From Bispira polyomma (Eukaryota), in the NCBI GenBank assembly GCA_965649765.1, contig OZ287753.1:28024001-28088000 (forward strand): a stretch of 64,000 nt of DNA, given 5' to 3'. The translations under genes and the position numbers were made by a program. This document shows positions 11,726 through 22,524 of this stretch, piece after piece. Under the pieces are notes generated by a model, which was given only the letters and a program-made list of their open reading frames with translations, was not told the origin of the DNA and searched no databases. Positions within the stretch are counted from its first letter, which is position 1, and every line of letters begins with the position of its first letter.

Positions 11726-13678
11726 TTAAATTGACAAATTTGGATTGAAATAATCCACCGGTATTGGTTTCCAAACAAAATTCTTCATCAGTGTTTCTAG
11801 TATTATATCACTAGGTGGTTTGCTGGAATATATCCTTGATAGGTGGTCAGCTATTATGTTTTTCTTGCCTGGTATATGTTTTATATTTAACTTAATGTCA
11901 AAAGCTGCTGTAATCAGCCATATGTTTCTCAGGCAAGAAGCCAGAAAAGAATCTTTAGTTTTTTGAGATCCGACAACTAGAACCACAGCCATATTGTTGC
12001 AGTTGATGCTAACTGTCTTATGCTCCCAAGCTCCTGCCCATACGCGTAAAGCGACAATAATAGTTAACATCTCCAGATGTACAATGGTAAGTTCTTTATC
12101 AAAAAGGTTATAAAAGGGGGTGGCATATACTTCGTTGTTGTATATGCCCCCAAATCCTGTTAAGCAGGCATCTAAATGTAGCTCGTCAGCAAATGGAACG
12201 TTCTCATGCTTTATAAAAGTTTTTCCGTTCAATTTTTTCATGAATCGAATAAACCATTGTAGATCACTTTTCATATCTTGAGTGACCTTGAAACACTTTC
12301 TATTGTGATTGTTGCGGAAAGCTGCTAACAATCTATTTATAAAAACACGCACTGGATTTACACATTTGTGGATATATAGCAATTTCCCTAACAAGGATTG
12401 AAAAGTACTCTTGCCTATGTATTTTTTGCTGTTTACGTCAACGCAAGCTTCATAAATTTCCTTCAATTTTTCTGGTTGTATACTAATAGTTCCCTCATCA
12501 AGATCAAAATTGATACCCAAGCAGGTGAGTTTTCTGGTTGGGGGGGTTAACTTGTCTGCGTTCATGGGCAACCCTAGGTCTGTCATCAACGCGTGTAACG
12601 TTTTAAAACCTAATTCTGCCTTGTCTTTGCTTATTACGCCCATGTAGTCATCGATGTATCCGAAAACGTTAAACCCGCGCATGCGCATGTGTGATGTGAT
12701 AGAATCGGTACAACGCTGGAACGCGGCACTGCCATGCACCCACCCGAACGCAATTGCCGGGTCAATGCAGAAACCTTTGTTCCAACTAATTCCTAATTTA
12801 ACTGCGTCCACGGGGTCGACCCTTAAATTACGGAACGCCCGTGAGACGTCAATTTTGAATAACAAACCGTTATCAGTATTGCAAATCCCTTCTGTGATGT
12901 TATCTATAGTCGGAAATTTAAGAGTGAACGCAACGTTGTCGAATTTGTCTCTAGTAACGTCATCGTTTAATGAAGCCCCATACGGGTGCGAAAGATTAAG
13001 TATTACACGTCTTTTGTCTTCGTCTTTGGGTCTCGTGAGCAGGGGAGAGCAGTTATAATCATTTGAATTTATTTCATCAACTGGCCCTAACATGGCACCC
13101 TGTTGCTGTTCCTTTTTTAAGTATTCACCCACCTCATAGGGAAACTGAAGAGCAGTGAAGCGATTTTTTATGTTTTTGTTTGTAATAATATTTTTAAGAG
13201 AAAGGGGAAATCCAAATTTGATGTATTGGATTAACAATTCATCTGGGTAATTTTCCAACATTGTTTCCCAGGCCTTAATATTTAAACCTGAGCTTACAGG
13301 TATTCTGGCCTGTCTATAATTCGGGACTTGAGTTTCTCTAATTGTCTCAGCAATTTTTAAAATTTTTGGAATGGAATCAATCTTTATAGGTAGTTTGTCA
13401 GGTCCTTGGAATTGAAATTTTGTGGGTGATAATGCCAAGAAACCTATATTCTTGTTTTTATCATTAATATCAGTGAGGTCCCTGATCACAGGGTCCCCAT
13501 AGTCTTCCTTAAAGGTAAAGTCCTTAAGTTTGGGAGAAGAAGTCGGACGTACGTATCTTTTATCACAATGTACTTTACCTGTATTTGTTTGGTCTGTCGC
13601 AGCTCTACCTACTTGCTGTTGAGTACTGCTGTCTTCCACATACAGTTTCACTAGTACATTTTGTTTCACAGTTATCAA
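11726..13678 (-). CDS. Reverse transcriptase / RNase H of element 1
   Basis: KIDVSRAFRNL, FGWVHGS and YIDD; RNase H DAC, LEML, CNN (D>N) and ADHLSR. Confidence 0.93.
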   Translation of the reverse strand: MITVKQNVLVKLYVEDSSTQQQVGRAATDQTNTGKVHCDKRYVRPTSSPKLKDFTFKEDYGDPVIRDLTDINDKNKNIGFLALSPTKFQFQGPDKLPIKIDSIPKILKIAETIRETQVPNYRQARIPVSSGLNIKAWETMLENYPDELLIQYIKFGFPLSLKNIITNKNIKNRFTALQFPYEVGEYLKKEQQQGAMLGPVDEINSNDYNCSPLLTRPKDEDKRRVILNLSHPYGASLNDDVTRDKFDNVAFTLKFPTIDNITEGICNTDNGLLFKIDVSRAFRNLRVDPVDAVKLGISWNKGFCIDPAIAFGWVHGSAAFQRCTDSITSHMRMRGFNVFGYIDDYMGVISKDKAELGFKTLHALMTDLGLPMNADKLTPPTRKLTCLGINFDLDEGTISIQPEKLKEIYEACVDVNSKKYIGKSTFQSLLGKLLYIHKCVNPVRVFINRLLAAFRNNHNRKCFKVTQDMKSDLQWFIRFMKKLNGKTFIKHENVPFADELHLDACLTGFGGIYNNEVYATPFYNLFDKELTIVHLEMLTIIVALRVWAGAWEHKTVSINCNNMAVVLVVGSQKTKDSFLASCLRNIWLITAAFDIKLNIKHIPGKKNIIADHLSRIYSSKPPSDIILETLMKNFVWKPIPVDYFNPNLSI

Positions 13679-14495
13679 TTAGACAATCGATTACATCTTC
13701 CATATAATGTGTGTAATTTTTTCCACACAAGTCATTGTATTTTAAATCTTTCTTATTATTGGAGATACTATTTTTAGCTTGTTTTGTCTCTTCAATAGAT
13801 CTCACTTCAATTCTAGTAGGTACCAACTGTAGTGTTTGGTACAAAGTTTCTTGATACACACTAGTGATTTTTAGTAATCCACTTGGTTTAAATAGGACTG
13901 GGAAATACTCTGAATTAGCAGTGACCCTATTCTCAGTTTTGTAATAGAATCCTTTGTTATGACCCTTAATGTCAGAAATGTAGACTATTGGAAACCCATC
14001 CGTAGCAGTAAAGTGGTTTTTATAATTCCAATTCGTGGTAGAAATGGTAACTTTGACCTCGTGTTTTTTATATTCACTGCTAGTTTCAATTTTATTTCCC
14101 TGTCCCTTACCATATCTTGGGCTTAGTTCACTAGGTTTGATATTGTTGGCTTTAGAGTTATACTGACCCTTTTGAGTCGCATTCGGATCAGACTTATCAT
14201 TCGTGTGCCCACTTTCCACACCCTGTTGACCCTTTGTCTCAACAGATGGATAACACTCTGAAAATTTTTTGTCTGCAATAATAGAAGACATATTACTGGT
14301 ACATTTTAACACATTATTTACCTTAGTCATAAGGTTCTCCTGAGAGACATGGTTTATTTTACTTTCTAATTTGTTATCATTAGATTGTTGGTCACATTTA
14401 CCCTTCACTTTACTATTAACAAAACATATAGTAACACTATCAGTACTCTTAGTTTGACATTGCTTAGTCCACTTTCCTAGTTGTCGGTCAATTTC
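13605..14495 (-). CDS. Low-complexity N-terminal extension of pol (ORF2), in the gag frame and frameshifted relative to RT
   Basis: Frame is open from directly after the gag TAG (14496-14498) to 13605 and overlaps the RT frame. Confidence 0.55.
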   Translation of the reverse strand, partial: EIDRQLGKWTKQCQTKSTDSVTICFVNSKVKGKCDQQSNDNKLESKINHVSQENLMTKVNNVLKCTSNMSSIIADKKFSECYPSVETKGQQGVESGHTNDKSDPNATQKGQYNSKANNIKPSELSPRYGKGQGNKIETSSEYKKHEVKVTISTTNWNYKNHFTATDGFPIVYISDIKGHNKGFYYKTENRVTANSEYFPVLFKPSGLLKITSVYQETLYQTLQLVPTRIEVRSIEETKQAKNSISNNKKDLKYNDLCGKNYTHYMEDVIDCLIDNCETKCTSETVCGRQQYSTASR

Positions 14496-15728
14496 CTATT
14501 TATTGCTAGTATTGCTATCTATCTTACTGGCATTGGCCTTGAAGCATTTGAACTCTGGGTGGTTGACCTCTTTACCCAATACTTTGGCACAGTGCCAACA
14601 GTTGTGTTTATAGTTTCCATGGTCGGATTTGTATGTACATTTACCACTATTGAAGTGCTTACATATGGTTTTGTTCTCTCCTGTGAAGTTACCCTGTGAG
14701 TTAGAAGTATTGCCCCCTGAGTGGTTGTTAACTAGTGCTAGTTGAGAGGCGTTTAACCTGTTGATTGCCCATTGTGTGTTGTCTTTCCAAGTTAACCTGC
14801 CCTCCTCCACTTCCTGCATGTTAAGTGACCATGCAGAATGGACAACCGGCCACGGAAGAGAAGCAGCATCCCGGAGAGAGTACATGAGCTGTTGAATCAT
14901 ATCTCGCATAACTGTGACGTCAGATACTAAGAGGGCGTTCGAAAGCTGTCCCGCGGCCCACTGGGGGAGCGATAGCTCGTCAAAAGTTGGTTGTTTTTTT
15001 ACAGATCCGCCTACCTATCCCTCGTTTGGCCAACGACGTTTAGCATCAACTGTGGCTATGTCTGTGCTATTAAAACGGCCTGACTTAAGGTGGGGGTTGA
15101 GCTTACCTTGGGTGAGTTCTCTTAACGCTACAGCCTCGTACTGTGCCAGTTGCTGAGTTACTGCTGCCTGCACCGAAGGTAGTCCCCGTAACACATCCAG
15201 GTTGGGAACAATTCCGTCTTTAGAGAAATCTTGCTGGTTCACAGCAGGCGGTTGGATTTGTGTCGCCGGGTTGACACTTGGGACGTGAAGTTGTTGCGTT
15301 TGTAAACTCGCAAATGCAGGCAGTGATGACTGATTTTGCATGGGAAGTGGTGCCTGAGTAGTAGTTAGACTGGGTGGAGGTCTGGGTGTCGCATTCGTGC
15401 GATAGTTGGCCTCAACTCGATCCATTCGTTGTGATAAGGCAATATTTGAGGTCTCCAATCTTCTTAATATGTTTAACATTTCGTCCTCAAGGCCAGATTG
15501 TGTACTAGTGGTGGGGTTTGGACGAACGGTAGCATTTAACGGATCAACACTGATAGCACTGTCATAATTACCCACGTCTGTGTCTAATACTGCTTGCAAG
15601 TTGCGAGAAACAGAATGTGATACCTGACGACCTTCTGACATGTTTGTTGACACTACTTTAGTTCTCCTGGCTGAAGGTTTCTTTGTTGTCGCTGTATTGT
15701 TCAACGGCGTTTTCTTTGTTCAGCCCAT
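14496..15728 (-). pseudogene. gag-like ORF1 of element 1 (two premature stops)
   Basis: Single frame MG*TKK...WPNEG*VGG...FDELSLPQW...DAASLPW...; C-terminal CKHFNSGKC...H..CWHC...H...C Cys/His cluster; homologous to the gags of elements 2 and 3. Confidence 0.85.
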
Positions 15729-15843
15729 AATTGATATGCACGTTTCCGAAACACTATAGCAAGCAGTCAATGTATATATAAAAACAATGTAAAACTTATA
15801 AACTAAAATATTGACTAAAAACTCTATGTAAATGTTATCACGC

Positions 15844-16080
15844 TTGCTTAAAATATTTTCCACTGTTGTCATTTCAGTGGTAAAATTCAATATGGAGGAA
15901 TATTCCAAAATAGCGGGAATTAGCTAGTGGTGGGGTAATTTGATTGGTCTTAACCAGGACAGACAGAAGAATAACTTAAGTGTGGTGCTATAAGATTAAA
16001 TGTTTAAGGTAGTTAAATAGATATGTAGCTATGTGTATGTGGACTGAAGCAGTAGTCCCCTAAAGAAGTCCTGCTTACCA
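15844..16080 (-). repeat. Element 1 5' terminal repeat A1 (putative promoter)
   Basis: Copy of A2; begins TGGT; contains CCAAT and TTCCCGC in the sense orientation. Confidence 0.95.
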
Positions 16081-17629
16081 AAATGTTCGCTGATTACCTT
16101 ACAAAAGTTTCAATTACTTAAAAAATAAAGAATACAAAATATAAAAGATGATTCCCAAAACCCATAGATCATCATTAACATTAGCAATGATTGAAAGGTA
16201 TATATCTGATATCTTACTTCTGTGTGGTCAAAAATATCACATGATATTTTGTCAATATGCAAATTAGCCTCACAATTCTGTAAAAAAAATGTTTTAACCC
16301 ATTGACATAAAAATTTACTATGCCAATGATAGTTAAGCATCTAATCACCATTGATCTAACATATTGATACAAATATTACAATCATCTGTCAATGTTTTTC
16401 TCTTTCAAGTTTAAGGTTAAAGCCAGTGAATTCATGGAGAGTAGGTTTGTTTTACTTGTGCATTTCTTTCCATCACCACATAAGTCTCAATTAAGAAAGA
16501 ATGTTATGAGAACCTAACACTGGAAAACATCCACAGCCCTAGTACATTGTTTACATTGACAGCAAAAATTGTGCTTTCTTTAGAACTAAAATGAGGCCCT
16601 ATACCCCCCAGTTAAGAACATCTATTGGAAAGCCTACTCACCGGCCGGATATACAAGCAATAGAAAAATAAAAGTAAAAAAATTGATTTTAGGCCTTACA
16701 TTTGTATTTATTCATTGTATAAAGTTTTATGTATTTGGAACACTCTTTGAAATTGGTGGTTTCTGGATAAAACAAAATACGTTTTGAAGTATTAACCCTT
16801 TGGAACTGATAGTAAATTTAAATAGGTTACACATAGCTTAAGTCACTAAAACACACACCAGAATTCAGTAAGCGCCTCGTATATAAGTATATAAGACAAA
16901 TCAGCCTGTTGTATAAGTTTATAGACAAATCAGTCTGGTGTACTAACAATTTCCTATTGCGAAGAATTGGAAGAAAATGAAATAATATTTTTACTTTCGA
17001 ACAGACGTAGTAGGCTCTGGTAGTAACAAATGCTGTCGACTGCTTGCAGACAACACAGGGGTTGAAAGGGTTAAAATAACATAGAATTTGCTTCAGATTA
17101 ATTGCATATTGGACATATATAATTACAATGAAATCAACGATTGAATATATTCAGGTTTACATACATAATGCCTTTGTAGTGAGATACTTCGACTACTGCA
17201 ATATATAAAATAGTAACCAATTCAGTTACTTACTAGCATGAGACCAATTGCATTTGCAATGCTGGTTCAAGATAAGAAATAGGAGAATTATAGGAATTAA
17301 GGCTGTAATTGCTATTGCCCGTCTGGGCTACCATAGGGCTAAATTTCACCGACCACACATTGGTCTGTTTATTCCAACAGTAACAACATACAGTCAAACC
17401 ACTTCACAAACAGACATTATGCGGAAGCCCAAAAGATTGTCTTTGTAGAGCTCATTTTTTTTACACAGATTTTGGAAAAAAACATTAGCAAAGGGTATTT
17501 TTAGTTATTTATGCCACAATCACATATCAAATTTTCTGCCACGTTTATACCAGTTTCCCCTTTAACATTAAATTTTAGGTTGTATGGAGAGAATGGGTGA
17601 AAATGGTCATTTGCATATCATTCACCAGA

Positions 17630-17915
17630 TCATGCCCAGGATATGCCCAGTGTATACACTGGATTTGCTCTGCTTAAGCCCAGTTTATGCCCAGATATGC
17701 CCGACCAAACCCCTTCTTGTCCTCAGTTCTCTCCAGATGTACTTTTAGAGACGAACACCCACAGAACTTTGAAACATGTTCGAAATTTCCGCCTCTGCCT
17801 TCCGTTCTGGCCGATCCCTCCAGTTTAGGCCCAAATGTAAATCGTTTTCTCCAGGTCACACAAGTTCTTGACATCTAGAGTAAACGGCTTTATAGAACGC
17901 AAAGGTGTGAACGCC
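17630..17915. mobile_element. Non-autonomous DNA-transposon-like remnant related to 58161-58583
   Basis: Shared words cagtttatgcccagat and cacaagttc, and a gtgtgaa-type terminus. Confidence 0.35.
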
Positions 17916-18328
17916 ACATAATTACATGTGATTGTTTAATACAGGATGTTTTTTATACATGTATCAATCTATTTGTAAAAACAACAAACTGTGAATTATG
18001 TGTTGTACTGATCTTATAATTATACGTAAGGATAAAACATATGGATGAAACATATGGAGAAATCCTATTGTGTTCTAAACATATAGACCATTAACTTTGT
18101 TTCTGTATGTTATAATTTCAACAGAAACATAATAAATATTGTAGTATTTATACATCAAACAAAAATGAAACATTTCCTGAAAAAATATACTGTGTTTTTG
18201 ATACCTTAGATTTCTTGCCATCACATTAAGGCACTTTCTTTTCTTATCCCTTCACAGAATAGCCTAAATTTAGACTTGTGCAAAGGAAAATTCGCAAGTG
18301 AAAACAAGCAAAAGCTTGAGACTACACA

Positions 18329-19195
18329 TGGAAAACAGAAGCATTAATCCTATTGTAATTTGTATAGGTATACAGAATTCAAAGCAATATCATGCATCTG
18401 CAATAAACTACATATATCTGCATTAAACTAAAGATGTTACCAAACTCCCCCTTGTGCCCTGTCAGTGCTCTTAAGTTGCACATTGCCACCCTTCCTCCCT
18501 CCTCTGACATTCCCCTTTTTTCCTTCCCTCATCGTTCCTCTTTGAAAATTCTCACTGCTTTTCAGGTTAGGAAAACGTTTTCAACCATTCTCACTGCCCT
18601 TGGGTTTGATCCTTTACACTTTGGCTTTCACTCCTTCAGGCGTTCCGGGGTAGCTTGTGCCTTCCATAACCAAGTTTCCTTACAAAACTTAAAATCACAT
18701 GGTGGTTGGAATTCAGATGCCATTCATTCCTACCTTCACCACACTCCCTTGGCTTCCTCCAAAATTCCTTTAATGTTTCAAAAACTACTACAAAATTAAA
18801 CTACCTTGGGTTGGGATTCTCCCCTTACTCTAAATTTTTAAATTTATTCTTTTAATTTGTGGTTACACCGTGTTGGTGTTTAATTGGTTTTAAATTGTAT
18901 GTTTATTAAATAAATGTTTATTAAATAAATGGTAGTGCCCAACTCTTGCTGTATTATTCAACTGTTCTCCCTCCTATTCATTTCCTGCTGAGTTATATTC
19001 ACCTGCCCTATTTACCTTCTTTAACTTTATCTTATGGTTTCATCTTCATTCCAACCTCACAACTTTAACTATCTGGGGGTGTGTGACTGGAAAACAGAAG
19101 CATTAATCCTATTGTAATTTGTATAGGTATACAGAATTCAAAGCAATATCATGCATCTGCAATAAACAACATATATCTGCATTAAACTAAAGATG
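18329..19195. repeat. 108-bp direct duplication (18329-18436 / 19088-19195) flanking a YR-element fragment
   Basis: 107/108 identical by eye. Confidence 0.9.
18437..19087 (+). mobile_element. 3' fragment of a further Ngaro-type family: YR C-terminus plus B-type repeat
   Basis: ORF 18434-18799 has LCPV, HSFRRSG and HGGWNSDAIHSYL (catalytic H-x-x-R, H/W, Y); followed by TTGGGTTGGG, AATAAA x2 and a GGGGG-TGTG end. Confidence 0.88.
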
Positions 19196-19778
19196 CTAAA
19201 TATATAAAAATGTAGATGAGTAAACAGGCAAACTAACAGATATTTTGCTCTGGAGTTGCTGTATCTTGCTGATAAGAGGTGTCATTGACCAACAGTTCAG
19301 TATTTACTTATACATATAATTATTGAATACATAAATCGTAAGTGGATCACTAAAACAAATCAAGATGTTCAGCCTCTTTCTAAAGAGAAGTACATTTTCT
19401 ACAACAGAAATTGTAAATTTATTCATCTTTCTTCAATATAAACCAGCTGTAATATGATTAAAAAAGTGAGTCACCCATATATTTCAGTTCCAAGAAGTAT
19501 ATGATAAATAAAATATATAAACCATCGTTCACCAAGCCTTCTGTATATGAACAGAAAGAAGACTCTGGTCTACTTCAAGCTATTTGCATTTGTAATTTGC
19601 TTTGTATCTTTTTGCTAGTGCAAATGTCTCATTACTTAACCTGTTTCTTACTTGTCACTTAAGAGTCATCTTCAGACATAAACCCTAGATATAAAAACAA
19701 ACATACATAAATAAATGGGGTGGGGAGAAAAGAACAAAAAACACAAAAAAAGAAACCTAAAAGTTGTCATTTATTTAC

Positions 19779-19924
19779 CCATTGCTAAGCAACCTATCTT
19801 CATCATCCTCCTCCTCTTCACAACTGGTGATAATGATCCTCTCTGGACAGGTCCTCAGCATTAATCCCGGCGAGCTGTAACTGCGCTGGCACCGAGATCT
19901 ACTGTATGGATCCGAGTTGTACAT
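19779..19924 (-). CDS. Candidate first coding exon of a host gene (48 aa plus phase-2 donor)
   Basis: GC-richer island encoding MYNSDPYSRSRCQRSYSSPGLMLRTCPERIIITSCEEEEDDEDRLLSN, ending GG|GTAAAT; no transposon similarity noticed. Confidence 0.55.
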
Positions 19925-20817
19925 ATCTTTGATGTTTTATAGTTTTGTTATCATTTAATTGAAAGACTTTATAATTTTAATGGCTTTAATTTTTCTACCT
20001 AAAAATATATGTGCTTTTTTTGCAAGGTAAAAATTTCAAAATGTTTCACAAGGATATTTCCAAGCTATATATATGTATATATGTATATATGCATTTCTTG
20101 TTTAACACCAATAGATTTGTATCCTGTATCTAAAGGTGTATTTTACTCCATTAAGTGTTGCATCCCACAAGTCAAGCAATATGCCTAAAACAGGTCTAAA
20201 TCATCACACAATTTTAAAGGCATTATTCCACACACTGATTCGTTGTAAAAGTGTTTCTTTTAAAACCTAGAAATCATCAAGCTTAAATCATTATATATAT
20301 TATAAACTTTGCATATGAAGCAAATTATGCATATAGTAATACATTGTCGTTCAATGGTTTATGTTCACTTACATATTTCCGACTCTTTTTTTTAGCTACA
20401 CATCAGTCTTGCTGTTCTAGATTCTTCACCTTCCTATTTGCGTTTTTTTTGTGTGATTCACATTAAGTTATTTTTGTGGGCAACTAGCAGAAAATAGTAA
20501 ATAACGGAAATAAGAGTAATCCCCTCTTTAGCTTCTGCATTTGCCATTTTTTATTTCCCCCATAAGATCTGTGGCAATTAATTGACAATATATCAAAAAC
20601 GAGCTAGGTAAAGAGTTTGATCCGATGGCGGTTAATGATTCTTTCACATCTCTGTGGAACGAGGAGGGGAAAAAAGATCAAAAGAAAAAAGTACCTTGCA
20701 GGTGAAAGAACATTTTCAGGTGAGGATTTTCAAAGAGTAATGTGTTTGTAGCCACTGAGATGTAAACATGGGCTTGATAGCATTACCCTGTATACCTGAG
20801 CTTCAAATTACCGTAAA

Positions 20818-20890
20818 GCACTAAATAACTGCCTCTCTATAAATAAATAACTGCCTAACTAAATAACTGCCCACTAAATAACTGCCTCTC
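20818..20890. repeat. Short tandem repeat (taaataactgcc x4)
   Basis: Read directly. Confidence 0.7.
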
Positions 20891-22268
20891 TGAGCTCTGT
20901 AGTTCTGTGAAATAGCTGACTGCAATGGCGGAAAGATTAATGGGTTGGGGGATAGTTGACGCAACTAGGGCTGAGGATTCAGGTAATTTAGATTTATATT
21001 AGTTTAAACTAATGTGGCTTATGCCCTGTTAACACATTGGCGGTATGATAGTTGATACCAGAAGTAACTTGTTTTGACCACTTGTCATACCAGCTGTTCT
21101 ATCTATGGGAAATAGACCCTCTCATATGGAGGGATACGGACACGCGATTTCCATAACGTATCTTACCACCTCTCCATACCATAATGGTGTAAACCCCACA
21201 TTAGTGGGTAACATACTTACTTTTAAACACCGATGACTCGGCTTCGATTCCAGTTTCGGAGATATATATATATAAAGGCCTAATAACCACTTAAACTGGT
21301 GGTCCTATACCATTGGGTCTTATCTTTGATTGACATTATCTGATTGAGATTCAAGAATGATAGGATTATAAATAATGGTCTTCCTTTAGCCTCTGTCTTA
21401 AAGAAAAAGATTTTTTTTTTCACTTTTCTGATTATCATTTAATATTTTACAAAAAAAAGACCCTTGGGATCAAAACATGTTTTTATTGTTTCTATTAATT
21501 TTGTATTATAAATTTTATTACTAGTATGGCATTGTGAACTTTGCAGATTGCTAAACTAAAGGATTGTCAATAACCGCCATTACTAAAGCACATAACAACA
21601 TTAAAAATGAGTCCAACTTGTACAAAAGATGAGGTTTTCTAAGCATCCAGAGCTCCACAACATATCGAGTGATGCAGAAACATAGGATAGAAAAAGACAC
21701 TATGGTATCTGTTATCTGGTATCCAAACTGCTAGTGCAACATGCTAAGATTACATTTCTGTAAATTTTAAAAAACTGAATATGGAAATGAATAAAGTGAA
21801 TAAAGGCTCTGATACCTTCATCCTCAAGGTCTATTAAAGTGACAAGTGCTAATTCATCTGCAACATAGTTTGACATTGTGTGTTTCTTCTGGTTCTGTCT
21901 TTGTATTTTGGAAAGGAGCCATTAAAACAAACTCTACTCTATTTTGTTTTAGGTAGTTTCAGCTATTTAACTGTTCCTACCTATGGAAAATGTGTATTTC
22001 ATAAAATATATGTAATATTCTGTCAAGTTGGAATTACGAATGTAACTTTCTATTTGTTAAATACATATATCCCATCTAATCATTTTAATGTATATATCAC
22101 ATTTGGATGCCATTGTGAAAACAAAGAATATTAATATTCTCACTTGATAGTCAGTTTTAAGTATTCTAGTCTAGTTTAGCTTAAACATTTCAAAATAATA
22201 TAAACCTTGACTTAATCCTTTAATTACAATTAACTAAAATCTTTGTGCAGAGATGCTCTTCTGCAGTA

Positions 22269-22524
22269 TTTTGAATTGGGATATTTAACTTCCACTCTAG
22301 TACCTGTTTAGGTTATATTGGGATGGGTAGTTGGGAACACTGGAGAAAACATTGCATACAGTTGATCAAGGTTCTGCACTGAAACCAGTGGCCCACAGTA
22401 AGGAACTACCACCTTTCCCACATAGGCCTCGATGGGAGTCGAACCCACGCCACCCGATCACATAGGTGAGAAACCAGTGATTGTGAAGCGCAATGCTTGC
22501 TAACCACTAAGCCACCGCGGCCCA
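22269..22524 (-). mobile_element. Full-length tRNA-derived SINE with 13-bp TSD
   Basis: A box GGTGGCTTAGTGG, B box GGTTCGACTCC; TSD ctcttctgcagta at 22256-22268 and 22525-22537; same family as 47637-47888. Confidence 0.9.

Larger units (their letters stand above)
9432..16080 (-). mobile_element. Full-length Ngaro/PAT-type YR retrotransposon, element 1 (A1-gag-pol-YR-B1-A2-spacer-B2)
   Basis: Split direct repeats; gag, RT/RNase H and tyrosine recombinase ORFs; no methyltransferase, no TSD, no ITRs. Confidence 0.95.

Noticed and set aside
12654-13058. Antisense ORFs over RT/gag (also 14481-14699, 46490-46846, 48213-48443, 61951-62160)
   Set aside because: Shadows of the real coding strand; no motifs and not shared between families
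9432-16080. Classification as an LTR retrotransposon, DIRS1-type element or prokaryotic retron/integrase island
   Set aside because: No DDE integrase, protease, PBS, ITRs or methyltransferase; A1-B1-A2-B2 repeats with RT-RH-YR fit Ngaro/PAT; the context is eukaryotic
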